A DNA stretch of 64,000 nucleotides, from positions 186,001 to 250,000 of the forward strand of contig OZ025711.1 of the NCBI GenBank assembly GCA_964019335.1, read 5' to 3'. Both the position numbers and the translations under genes were made by a program. The notes under the pieces were generated by a model. The model made no database searches. It was given only the letters and a program-made list of their open reading frames with translations, and was not told where the DNA came from. Source of the stretch: Diplonema japonicum (taxonomy: Eukaryota; Protista; Euglenozoa: Diplonemea). Below, in pieces: positions 50,367 through 61,507 of this stretch (its first letter is position 1; each line of letters begins with the position of its first letter).

Positions 50367-51597
50367 TCACGGTGCAAGCACCATGAGCTGCTGTTCACCA
50401 AGAGGCTCTGAACGAACGTTGAAGTAGGGGTGAGCCAAAGCCTTAAAAAAAAAAAAGTTTCTTCTTTCCCCCACAACAACAACATACCTGCGAAGGGGTG
50501 ATACGGAGCTGAGGGTCGTAGCAAAGCATCCTCTGAAACAAGTGAACGGCAAAAGGCTCAAACGATGAGAGACGCGCTGAGATGTTGACCGGTTTCCACT
50601 TGGGGAAGGAGTGGTTGTGGTGGGGGAGGCTCTCGACGTTCTTCCACACAGAAGGGTCAGGCGTCCCGAGGAATTGGAATATCAGGTACAGCGCACCGAT
50701 TTCACAGTCGCCCATGAAAAGGGGCTTGTTCTGAGCCATCTCCGCAAAGATGCACCCAATGCTCCATATGTCAATCTCAGGTGTGTACTTTAACGCACCA
50801 AGCAGCAGTTCAGGTGCCCTGTACCACAGCGTGACTGTCTCTTGCGTGTATGTCTGCATGGGGTACTGGAAGTCTCTCGCAAGCCCGAAGTCAGCAATCT
50901 TCAGCTGCTTACAGTCAGACGAGATAAGAATATTCTGCGGCTTCAAGTCCCTGTGGAAGATCCCCTTCGCATGGCAGTACTCCATCCCTGAGAGCAGCTG
51001 GTGCATAAAAGTTCTCCGCGTTGCCGGCGGTAAGGGTGTTGTCCTGCTATCCAGGTACCTGCTTAAGTCCTGGTCGACATACTCGATGACAAGGTACATC
51101 TTGTTTGGCTCGTTCACGATATCCAGCAGCTTCACCACGTTGGGGTGGTCCAGCTCCTGCAGGGCGGCCACCTCACGTATTGCAGAGTAGGCGACACCCT
51201 CGTCCATATGGTGCGAGACACGCTTCATGGCAACGGCGGCGTTTGTCAGCTTGTCACAAGCCTTGTACACCGTCCCGAAGGTACCCTTCCCAACCTTTCT
51301 TATTCGACGGTACCTATTCTCAATCTCCTCGTGGTGCGAAACCTTGACAACGCTCTCGTCCCTTATCCCGTACCCCCACAGCGTCTTGCTGGTGTCCAGT
51401 TCCTCGTCGTTGTGCCACAGCGTCAGCTGCCCCGGGCACACCGCCAGCAGTCTCGAGTAGAACTCCAGCTGTCCCGGGCACAACACCAGCACGCGCTCCT
51501 TCAACTCTGCGACACTTGCGTTCTCATGGATGGCGATGGGGATTTCCTCTTCCTTCACGGAAAGGTACAATCGGATGTGACCTTCCAAAGCCGACAT
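50367..51597 (-). CDS. Ubiquitin-like domain fused to CDK1/CRK-type kinase, copy B (GKGTFG, AYSAIRE); 2 exons (51597-50488, 50441-50367), ~394 aa
   Basis: UBL segment SVAELKERV...LWHNDEELDTSKTLWGYGIRDESVVKV; kinase motifs VAMK, HRDLKPQN, DFGLAR, TLWYRAPE. A 46-nt terminal intron restores ALAHPYF. Confidence 0.9.
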
Positions 51598-51939
51598 CTT
51601 AAACTGTTGATGCGTGTGGAGGTAGGGCAAAGGGTTTAAAATGGTGAATAATAATAATACACGGAAACAGATAAAACGGAACGGAACACCACCTCCGGCT
51701 CCGGCTGCTACTCCGGCTGCTACGTATTTCAGTAGCTATGGAACTGAACAAAGTCAGACTGTGTGTGGATAGGGCAGAAGCTCTTGCGGGCTTGCACCTC
51801 CTCGAGGGAGTGTGCTATCACTCGGTTGACCTGTTTCATCCACACACCGCTGCTATTGCTAGCGTTGGTTTTTATTTCGGCCACTTCACCCCCGTACTCT
51901 CACAGTGTGGAATGTGAGTTGGACTTTCCGGACATGTTT

Positions 51940-52432
51940 AGCAGGCAACGATCTTCTTGTCCATCTCGTCGATCATACCTGCGACACCTTCCCCGTACTG
52001 GTGGTCATCTGGTGCTGCAAAATCCATGCGTGAGGCTGGTGAGACAGTGCAGCATGTACTCACGTTTCCTGGGGTCGGTGAACACAATGTGGAACTTCGA
52101 CGCCAAGGCTTTCGGCAGTTCGCGCGACGAGGTCTCAAAGACATTTGCCAACACACGCTCGCCGAGCAGGCTCTGCATCTGTGAGGAGGCAGCAGATCAA
52201 GAAGTCCCCCAGGCAGCTTTAGCAGACACACAGCCTGTCGGTGGATTCCTCGTCCCATTTCTCCAGCTCGTTCAGAACAAGGTCCCCGTCGAAGTATTTC
52301 ATCACTGCGGTGTGGAAGGAGTTCCCCATCAGCACAAGAGCACGTTCCACAAGCGTATCTGGTCTACAGGCAGCTTCAGGAATTCCAAGATCAAAGTCTG
52401 GTAAGCAATGGTGGTGATGGCTTCTTTGGACG
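51940..52432 (-). pseudogene. Deleted, frameshifted relic of the 3' part of the SLOG-SLATT gene
   Basis: Three joined pieces match ~55807-55879, ~56703-56874 and ~57017-57288, with large and small deletions. Confidence 0.88.
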
Positions 52433-52489
52433 CGAAATGCGATTAAAATATATAAAAAAGAGACATTTATAAAAAAAGGAGGGGGGGGG

Positions 52490-55400
52490 AGGAGGGGAAG
52501 AAAGGGCAGAACCTGATGTAGGTCAAAAAAAAAAAAAAAGAAAGAAGAAAAGGAGCCTTGCATGATAACGCTACCAACACCGTGTCGGAGAAGAAAGGGA
52601 CAAAAGAGAGGACAAATATAAAACGATCCCTTTTTTCTTTTTTAATTTTTTTTGTCACCGCTTTTCTTTCCATTTGATGCTGGTTGCGCTACACTTCGCT
52701 TTTTCTTTTTTTCTTTTTTTTTTGTTCTTCTTTTATTTAATTCAAGATTTATCTTCTTCCTTCTTTCTTTTTTTTTGTATGTTTCGTTCGTGTAGTAAAG
52801 AAAAAATAAGGGGGGGAGGAAGAAAAGAAAAAATAAAAAACCACCGCCTCTTATCTCGAGCTCTTTTCAGCTGTTGTCGAATAGAGAAGAAAGAAGCTGG
52901 CGGGTTTCGTGTGGTTTTCCTTGAAACAAGTAAAATGGCTTTGGACGTAGTTGTCCTTCTGTTGGGAGTTACTCCTTTGGAGAAACACACGCGATTGCCG
53001 TTTCGTTTGTTCAGCTTTTTTTTTTTTTTTTTTTTTTTTCCTTCTTTTTTTTTTTTTTTTTCCCTTGTTGTTTCCCCCAGTTGGTCGTTTAAAACCAGTC
53101 GAAGCGGTACAGAAAAATGTAAAACAACTATTTAAAAAAAAAAAAAAAAAAAAAAAAAGTACATCCAAAGAGAAATAAGAGCTTGCAAACGAAGCCACAC
53201 CTGGGGAGGGGGGGGTAAAAAGGGGGGAAGTGGGGCTTTGACCGCAACACCAAGTGGTGTGAAGTGTTGCAACGAAGCATGAACTGTCTGCTTGATTACA
53301 GGGGGCGTTCTTCCACTCGGGCGCTACCGGTGATGACCGACGAGGAGGTCAACAGCGAACAACACATCTGATGTACTTCTTATATTTCCATGTTATTCCC
53401 ACCACTAAAAGAAAAAAAAAAAAAAAGGCGATGTTTAAGGGCAAATCCCACTCGAGGACCACCCGAAAAAAAAAAAAAAAAAAAAAAGGAAAATTATGAA
53501 CGAGAAAATTCGCAAACGTACCCTTTTCCCCCACGATAAAAAAGAGAAGAAAAAGAATTGCAGGGGGGGGGGGGGGGGGGATAAAGAGCCTTAAGGTTTA
53601 GCCTGCCAAGGGCTAAAGTAAAAAAAAAAAAAGCCTCAATATCTTCCACATTCTCTTTTTTCTTTTTTTTTTTTTACCAAGGTACAAAAGGGGGGGAATT
53701 TAAAAAAAAAGAAGAAGAAAAAAAAAAAAGAAAGAAAAACGTTAATGCCAGCGAGAAAACGTAGCAAAAGACCCAAAACCAAAGAAAAATGAAATAAAAT
53801 ATTTGGGGGAAAACAACCCAAGCTCCTTAGCCTGCCAAGGGATAAGGAAAATAAGTCTCAAATTCCCATTTTTTTTTTCTTAGTGAGTCGGTGCAGCGCT
53901 TTTATGCGCTTTCCCTTTCCCCCCAGGCCTACCTGCCAAGGGTCCCCCCCCCCCCCCCCCCCTACGTCCTTTCTTCTTAATTCTTTCCTCTCCCCTTTAA
54001 AGAAACGAGAGATATATCAAGTTGAAGGCCTTGCACAACACTGTTGAAGGGGTGGGGGGGGGGAGGGTGAAGACAAAGCAAAAAACCTATAGAAAAACGA
54101 AGGGTGGGAGGCTCGTGGAAGGGAATGATCTAAATAAGAATGTGGGCGGGGGGAGGAGAAAGGATTTACAAATCCTTTTTTGCAGTATCTTTTTAATTCT
54201 AAAAAAAAGAAAAAAAAAGAAGAGGAACCAGTTGTTCAAGTCGTGCCTGGGCAGAAAGCCAACATAACCCATAAACACGTTTACAGACCACTTCGTTTAC
54301 AAGTTAAAACCTGTTCTTGCAAAAAATTCTAAAAAAAAACTCACGGTGAATTTGCCCCCCCCCCCCCCCCCCTTCCTGTTTTTTTTCCAATCTACTTATA
54401 TCAAGGTGCAAGCACCATGTGCTGTTGTTCGCTAAGAGGCTCTGAACGAACGTTGAAGTAGGGGTGAGCCAAAGCCTTAAAAAAAAAAAGAATTTTTTTT
54501 TTCTCCCACAATAACATACCTGCGAAGGGGTGATACGGAGCTGAGGGTCGTAGCAAAGCATCCTCTGAAACAAGTGAACGGCAAGAGGCTCAAACGGGAG
54601 ACGCGCTGAGATATCGACCGGTTTCCACTTGGGGAAGGAGTGGTTGTGGTGGGGGAGGCTCTCGACGTTCTTCCACACAGAAGGGTCAGGCGTCCCGAGG
54701 AATTGGAATATCAGGTACAGCGCACCGATTTCACAGTCGCCCATGAAAAGGGGCTTGTTCTGAGCCATCTCCGCAAAGATGCACCCAATGCTCCATATGT
54801 CAATCTCAGGTGTGTACTTTAACGCACCAAGCAGCAGTTCAGGTGCCCTGTACCACAGCGTGACTGTCTCTTGCGTGTATGTCTGCATGGGGTACTGGAA
54901 GTCTCTCGCAAGCCCGAAGTCAGCAATCTTCAGCTGCTTACAGTCAGACGAGATAAGAATATTCTGCGGCTTCAAGTCCCTGTGGAAGATCCTCCTCGCA
55001 TGGCAGTACTCCATCCCTGAGAGCAGCTGGTGCACAAATGTTTTCAGCGTTGCCGGCGGTAAGGGTGTTGTCCTGCTATCCAGGTATTTCTTTAAGTCCT
55101 GGTCGACAAACTCGAATACAAGGTACAGCCGGGTTGGCTGGTTCATGATATCCAGCAGCTTCACCACGTTGGGGTGGTCCAGCTCCTGCAGGGCGGACAC
55201 CTCACGCATTGCGGAGGAGGGGATACCCTCGTCGTCAGCCTCACGGCGCACACGCTTCATGGCAACGAAGGTGCTCGTCTGCGTGTCATGAGCCTTGTAC
55301 ACCACCCCGTAGGTCCCCTCCCCCACCTTTTCTATTTTAAAGTACCTATCGTCTTTTGCCGCGTGGTGGGAAACCTTGACGACACTCTTGTCCCTTATCC

Positions 55401-55750
55401 CGTACCCCCACAGCGTCTTGCTGGTGTCCAGTTCCTCGCCGTTGTGCCACAGCGCCAGCTGTCCCGGGCACACCGCCAGCACGCGCTCCTTCAACTCTGC
55501 GACACTTGCGTTCTCATAGATGGTGATGGGGATTTTCCCTTCCTTCATGGAAAGGTACAATCGGATGTGACCTTCCAAAGCCGACATCTTAAACTGTTGA
55601 TGCGTATGGAGGTAGGGCAAAGGGTTTAAAATGGTGAATAATAATAATACACGGAAACAGATAAAACGGAACGGAACACCACCTCCGGCTCCGGCTGCTA
55701 CTCCGGCTGCTACGTATTTCAGTAGCTATGGAACTGAACAAAGTCAGGCT
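52490..55750. repeat. Segmental duplication copy A (UBL-CDK gene plus downstream non-coding region)
   Basis: Paralogous to 48150-51760 but lacks the TIR element. Confidence 0.9.
54401..55587 (-). CDS. Ubiquitin-like domain fused to CDK1/CRK-type kinase, copy A (GEGTYG, PSSAMRE); 2 exons (55587-54520, 54475-54401), ~380 aa
   Basis: Canonical KIEKVGEGTYGVVYKA, EGIPSSAMRE, HRDLKPQN, DFGLAR and TYTQETVTLWYRAPE; 44-nt terminal intron. Confidence 0.92.
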
Positions 55751-58700
55751 GTGTGTTGCTGATGAAGATGAAAGGCTGGTCATACATTGTAACTGGTATC
55801 CGAGTTGGCAACGATTTTGTCCATCTTGTCGATCATATCTGCGACTCCCTTCCCGTACTGGGTGGTCATCTGGTGCTGCCGCATGTCCACAGGGGCGCAG
55901 TACTGGTTGCCCTGACCATGTTCTGCCTGCGAGCAAGGCACTGCGCACATGTGAGCGAACAAGCGGCGGAATTGCAACTGGCTGAATTGCGCGATCTTCC
56001 TCACAGCAGAGTCGTCGGGGATGTACTTTTGGAGAACGGCAACCTTCTCCTCTTCTGTGAGGACAGAGAAGAACTGCTCCGAGTCAAAGAATCGGAAATC
56101 TGTACGTACCTTCACGGGCGAGATTTGCAAGTGGCCTTTGATGCTGATAACAGCTTCAATGAGCGTGCCATACTCCACCTTGTGTGCCCCTGCCGACTGG
56201 TGGTCCTCGAGAAACCTGGCAAAGAGAGTCCCAATTTGCTTTGCCTTGAAGAAGTCGAGCATCTCATGCACAAGGAGTCTCAACTGATCCTCAGCGAGCA
56301 TTCTAATGTCATTTACCACCATCTCATACTCTAAAAGACTATCACACGCATCCAAGATGTCCCTGCCCTTCATATTCTCCACGTCGTGCAGCTCGCCAAT
56401 CTGGCTACACCTTAAGAACACCACCGCCACAAGCCTCCGCGACTGCGGGTCGTCGAGAACCTCCCTCAAGTCGAAGGAAGTGATCTGCAAGCACAACTTA
56501 AGGAACAGCCTGTATGGGACTGTGATCAAGATCTCGTTCAAGAGATGCAGCACCAGCATCTTGAAAGCGCCTTTGACGGAGCTTTGCCCGTGCCCGTGGC
56601 TGGTTTCGATGATGGAAACGAGCAGGTTCAAGAAGTCGCGCTTCGTGGAGTCCCCGTTCTCCATTGTATCCACGAGATCCACGGTGGACAGGTCGCTGAT
56701 GTCTGCAAAATCCATCTGCGTGAGGCTGGTGAGACAGTGCAGCATGTACTCACGTTTCCTGGGGTCGGTGAACACAATGTGGAACTTCGACGCCAAGGCT
56801 TTCGGCAGTTCGCGCGACGAGGTCTCAAAGACATTTGCCAACACACGCTCGCCGAGCAGGCTCTGCATCTGTGACAGGACGCGAAGCTGGACGTCGACAC
56901 CCCAGCTGCCCAGAGCACCGTGCAGCGACTGGTCGGCAATCTGGGTAAGCACCTTCATGCCAACATCATTAGCGTGCACCTGCGATACGTGGTCTAGCAC
57001 ATCCCTAGCGCCTGGCGGCAGCAGATCAAGAAGTCCCCCAGGCAGCTTTAGTAGACACACACACAGCCTGTCGGTGGATTCCTCGTCCCATTTCTCCAGC
57101 TCGTTCAGAACAAGGTCCCCGTCGAAGTATTTCATCACTGCAGTGGTAAAGATGCTGCTGTGGAAGGAGTTCCCCATCAGCACAAGAGCACGTTCCACAA
57201 GCTCGCGTATCTGGTCTACAGACAGCTTCAGGAATTTCAAGATCAAAGTCTGGTAAGCAATGGTGGTGATGAGCTCCTCTTTGGACGCTTCTCGTATCAC
57301 AACTCCCCTAAACTCTCGCACCTGGTTCACAAAGCGTTCTCTGTCCTCGGCATCGGGGAGCAAGTTACGCAGGTCGAAGGTGGTAACCTCGTCGCACAGG
57401 ATATCAAAGACGCGCCCCTGGTAGCTGTTGGAAATGAAGGACTTCAGCCCGGACATGAGGCGCTTCAAGGTGGGCTCTCCTAAGTACTTGAGCTCATCGA
57501 TCATTTCTTGCGAGAAGGCCGGGCTCATGGCCAGCTTCCGCATTAACATCTTTTTGTCGCACCTATTGATCTCCAGCTGCCCGATGGACTTCACGGCAAA
57601 GACAAACCTGTCGCACAGCCGTTTGTTCTTCAGGATGGAGTTCAACACCGACTCTGTGTTCTCGGATTTGAAGTCGTTCCTGAAGGCTTGGAAGATCCTG
57701 CTCGCGCTGAACCCACACTTCACTGTCTGGATGTACTCCACTATCTGCGCCTGTGGCTTGTTCCTGATGTGCGGCATCACGGAGATCCTTTCAGGCAGCT
57801 TGGCCAGCAACGCTTCCTTACTGAAAAAGCATATGTCTTTGTCACCTTGCAGGTCTTCCAATGTGTCGAAGACTTCTGCCTTTTTCTCAGTCGTGTCAAA
57901 GAGCTCCTCTACATCGAGGCGTGACACCTTTTCCATCACAGACTGGAACACTTGTGCTGTCTTGGACTTGAAAAGCTTGTCTGCCCTCTTCATAAGCCCC
58001 CTCAGAGCCACTTCGTTCAGATCTTTCATGCGGCTGTGTATCTCTTTGTTTTTCACCAGACACAAGATGTCGGTGCTAGACATCTCACGCCACTCCACCT
58101 TTCCAAGGTCGCGGAGTTCAAGTAGAAGCTCCGTCACAAGCTCGTCCCTGGGAATGAGGTCATAGATGCAGATCTTGAAGTTCTTGAGCCCGTTGATGAG
58201 TTCTTCGTGCAGCTGGTCGACAATCGATGACTTCATCGTCTCCAGCATCTGGCGTTGCGGCAGGTCGGAGACCTTCTTCTTGAAGTCGGCGCCCGCCCTG
58301 CCCAGAATGGAGAGGCAGTCCTTCCTCGACAGCACGGCAGGGTTGATGATGTCGACGTCGCGGAACATCTTCCTGCGCTCCTTCGGGTTCTTCACCAGCT
58401 CTTCGATCTCCGTTGGCACGAAGTCGCTCAGAGCCATCCCACCTAAGTTGATATTCAGCAGATTTCCCGTGTCGTCAAGGAACTGGTCAGACACGTTCTG
58501 CAGCGCCTCTAATTTGTGTAGTGCTTCTTTTTTGAACTTTCCCTCTAATAGTTTCTTGGAGTCTAGCCCGGTTGTCTTGTCGATGTGCGCGGTGAGCCTC
58601 GTCATTGAATCGAAGATCTTGACCCCCTCCGGGCCTGTGGGGTCTTCCAGCGCTGCCGCTAAGCTATCTGCGGTGATATCAGTGAGCCCAAGCTCTTTGA

Positions 58701-61317
58701 TCTGTGCTTGTGCCTCTTGTTCGACATCTTCTTTCACTTGGCTGATGAGGTCTGAGATTTCATTGTTACCTTTGTCTTTTCTATCCTTCTTCGACTTGTC
58801 CATGGCTTTCTTCATCTGCCCTCCCCACTCAACAAACTCTCCCGTCACCAATGCCTCGACCTGTGTGACAAGGTCGTTTCGCACCTGCTGTGTCCCCGCC
58901 TCGTTCCCTCTGCTGTCCCACCATGACTGCACATCTTCCAGTTCCATCTTGATCTTGTTGCTCTTTTTCTGCAGGAAGTCCATCCTTGCATAGTCCATGT
59001 ACCGCGTTGCAGCGCTGCTCATGCCTGTCGTGAGAGCAACCCATGCTTGCAGGTTGTACGTGTCTAAAGGTGGAACCGACGAAAGTGCAGCCAGCAGTGT
59101 CCCTACGGCGCCCAGTACGTAGTTTGATATTGTGAACCACGACAGCTGCGCTTCGTAGTACTTCGCAGCACGCTCGTATCTAGCAATCAACGGTGCCAGC
59201 CTGTAGGCTACGTACTCGTCCGGCACAAGGTCGCGCCACCCGTCGTCCTGGGTGTCCTGGATATGCCAAGGAGGAAGCGGGCCGTTGTACTTCTGTAGCG
59301 TGTTGTTTGCACATTCACTTTCCTTGAGCTCCGCAATCAGATGTTCCATCCAGTGACTGAGCTTCTCCTGCCTCGTCTTGTAAGACCTGTGATCCGTCCT
59401 TGTCAAGTTGTCTTCTACCTTCTTGTCAACACTGGCATCAGGACCCTCCTCTGTCTCTTCTTCTTCTTCTTCTTTGTGCTTCGAGGAATCTACGGGATCC
59501 TGCTCTTCGTTCCCCTTTTCGATGCTCCGTTTAATGGCTTGGTGTGAGTACGACCTCACTTGTGTTCGGTACATGTAAATCTCTCGCAGAAGCGTCTCCG
59601 AAGCAGTACGCAAGGCCACCCACCTGCCACCAGCATTCAGCTTGTTCTCGATGGCTTCGACAAGTGACAGCCCCACAGGCAGCACCACCACAATAAGGCC
59701 CACCCACGTGTAAATCTGGCCAACGGTGGACGAAGTTGTAGTCGACCCTGTCTCATTTGGGTACTGGAGCTGCAGGAACGTTTGGAAAATAGATAACGTA
59801 GTGGCCAGAATGCCCAGGAACAAGACAAGCACCTGCAAGTGGATAAATAGCTTCCTACAGTACTGGCTGTTGTAATCCCACACGGCGTACTTCAGCCACG
59901 CAGCATGGAGAGTCTCATCGTGAGTAACCGATTTCTCGACCATTTTCTGGAACTCCTCTGTGCTGGTTCCCTTTGCGACCACCTTGATGCACCCGGAGTT
60001 GATAATGTTCGATGTTCTGGGTGAAATCGTTCCTAGGCAGTTCCTGTAGTCGTCCAGCGACGGTGACCCTACCACCTCCTCCACACGCCGTATTGTGTTG
60101 CACAGCACATCAGCATACCCACCGCTGCCCTCAATCACAAGCACAGGTGTCCCCTGCTCCGAAGCTTGCTGGATCTCTAAAACTGAGGTACTGACGTCGC
60201 CACCCATCAGCACGATGCAGGATCCCGTGCATTTCAGTCTAAACGGCATTGCCTCCTTCGCCCACCCTTCAGGGTCACTGCCATCCTGCAGCACCTTCAT
60301 CATCGTAGTTGTGAAATCCAGTACCTTGCTCTTCCTGGCGGGTGCCACGACAAGCTCCTGCTCTGTCAAGAACAGGTGTGCACTGAACTCAGATAGTTCA
60401 TCCCTTATTTGCTCAATCGCCACTTCTACTGGCTGAGGGGGGGTGCTGTCATCTTTAGTTTCTGTGAGCCAGGTGTGCACCCCTAGTAAAACGGGGTCAG
60501 ACGAGAAATAGTCGGAGCGGTTTGCCCCTGACTGCAAACACTCGTCTCCGGTGGGCTGCTTCTTCGCAGCATACATGCCCCTGTTGAGGCTCTTGGCAAT
60601 GTCGCCGACAGCAACCTTCAAGTGTGTGTTGACAATGTCGTCGGTCACGAGGATCATGCCGCCTATTGCCTTAGCTGCCGAGGGTACAGCACGCTGCAGG
60701 TATTGCTTGAGGAAGCGTCCGATCTGGTGCTTTTGCAGTCCGTCTCGCCATGCTTTGTACTCCTTTACGTTTCGTACGGGGGGCGGCTGCTCCTCCGCCG
60801 CCACAGGCTGCTCGTCGTCTGAGCTGTCGAGGAGCGCTTCGTAGCCAGATGCCGCCTGCATGTACACAGTGTTGTTGCGCGAGAAATAGTCACCACCGTC
60901 CAACAAGGTCTGGTCGAAGATACCCGGCACGGTGCTCAGCTCTTGGAATATCCGTTGCTTCTCCGTCTGCTTCTTGAGGTCCGTCGATGTCACGAAGGTG
61001 TGAAAGTCGATCTTCCCCACAACTCGAATCACTGCAATGGGCTGCACGTCGTGCTTGTCATATATGTGGTCATGTATGGACTCATCTGCGCCGCAGAGAA
61101 TCCCTTTCCTGCTCTTTGCATGCACCCACTTTCCCTTGTCGTACTCTACCAGGTCGCCCCTCACTCGTCCGCGTTGCTTGATGATGTGCAGCCTCTTCAA
61201 AACCTCAAAAGGCGAGCTGTCCACGTCTTCGACCTGTGCGATGGGCCGCCTCTTCTCCTCTAATTCCACAGGTTCCAGCTCTTCATACCCCTGGCGCCTG
61301 GAATAGAGCTGCCCCAT
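55719..61317 (-). CDS. SLOG(LSDAT)-SLATT(DUF4231-like)-SLATT_1-like membrane protein with long C-terminal helical repeat region; ~1,853 aa; probable 37-nt terminal intron 55749-55785
   Basis: Start MGQLYS at 61317 after CAG. SLOG motif CIVLMGGD..VLEIQQASEQGTPVLVIEGSGGYADVL. First 2TM module ends in GGRWVALRTASETLLREIYMYRT. Second: DDGWRDLVPDEYVAYRL..2TM..LEDVQSWW..LVTQVEALVTGEFVEW. Confidence 0.82.
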
Positions 61318-61507
61318 CTCCCTGTGATGTTGTTGAAAGTGCGAAAAACCTAACAAAATAAAACGCGGTCATGTTTACAGATTCCAAATGCCAGACCACT
61401 CCGCCAGTCTGTAAGGTCCACTAAAGAGAAATAACGCAAATGATGACTTCCTAAAATAGATCCTTCGGGTGCGGGGTACAGGGAGGGGGAGGGGATATAT
61501 GATTTGC

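Larger units (their letters stand above)
48150..51760. repeat. Segmental duplication copy B (UBL-CDK gene plus downstream non-coding region)
   Basis: Collinear blocks shared with 52490-55750, e.g. GGGCAGAACCTGATGTAGG, CGTGTCGGAGAAGAAAGG, CCAGTTGGTCGTTTAAAACCAGTCGAAGCGGTACAGAAAAA, CAACCCAAGCTCCTTAGCCTGCCAAGGGATAAGG, the CDK gene and its 5' flank. Confidence 0.9.

Noticed and set aside
47860-54300. Many 60-150-aa F/K-rich ORFs in the track
   Set aside because: Translations of homopolymer runs; frames are not conserved between the two duplicated copies.
30350-61356. Track N-terminal extensions (30433, 33304, 35303, 41352, 46942, 51630, 55620, 61356) and unspliced C-termini of the CDK, kinesin exon 1 and 603-aa ORFs
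   Set aside because: Extensions mostly start at non-ATG codons, lie upstream of acceptor-like AGs or overlap the previous gene; the tails are read-through into introns.
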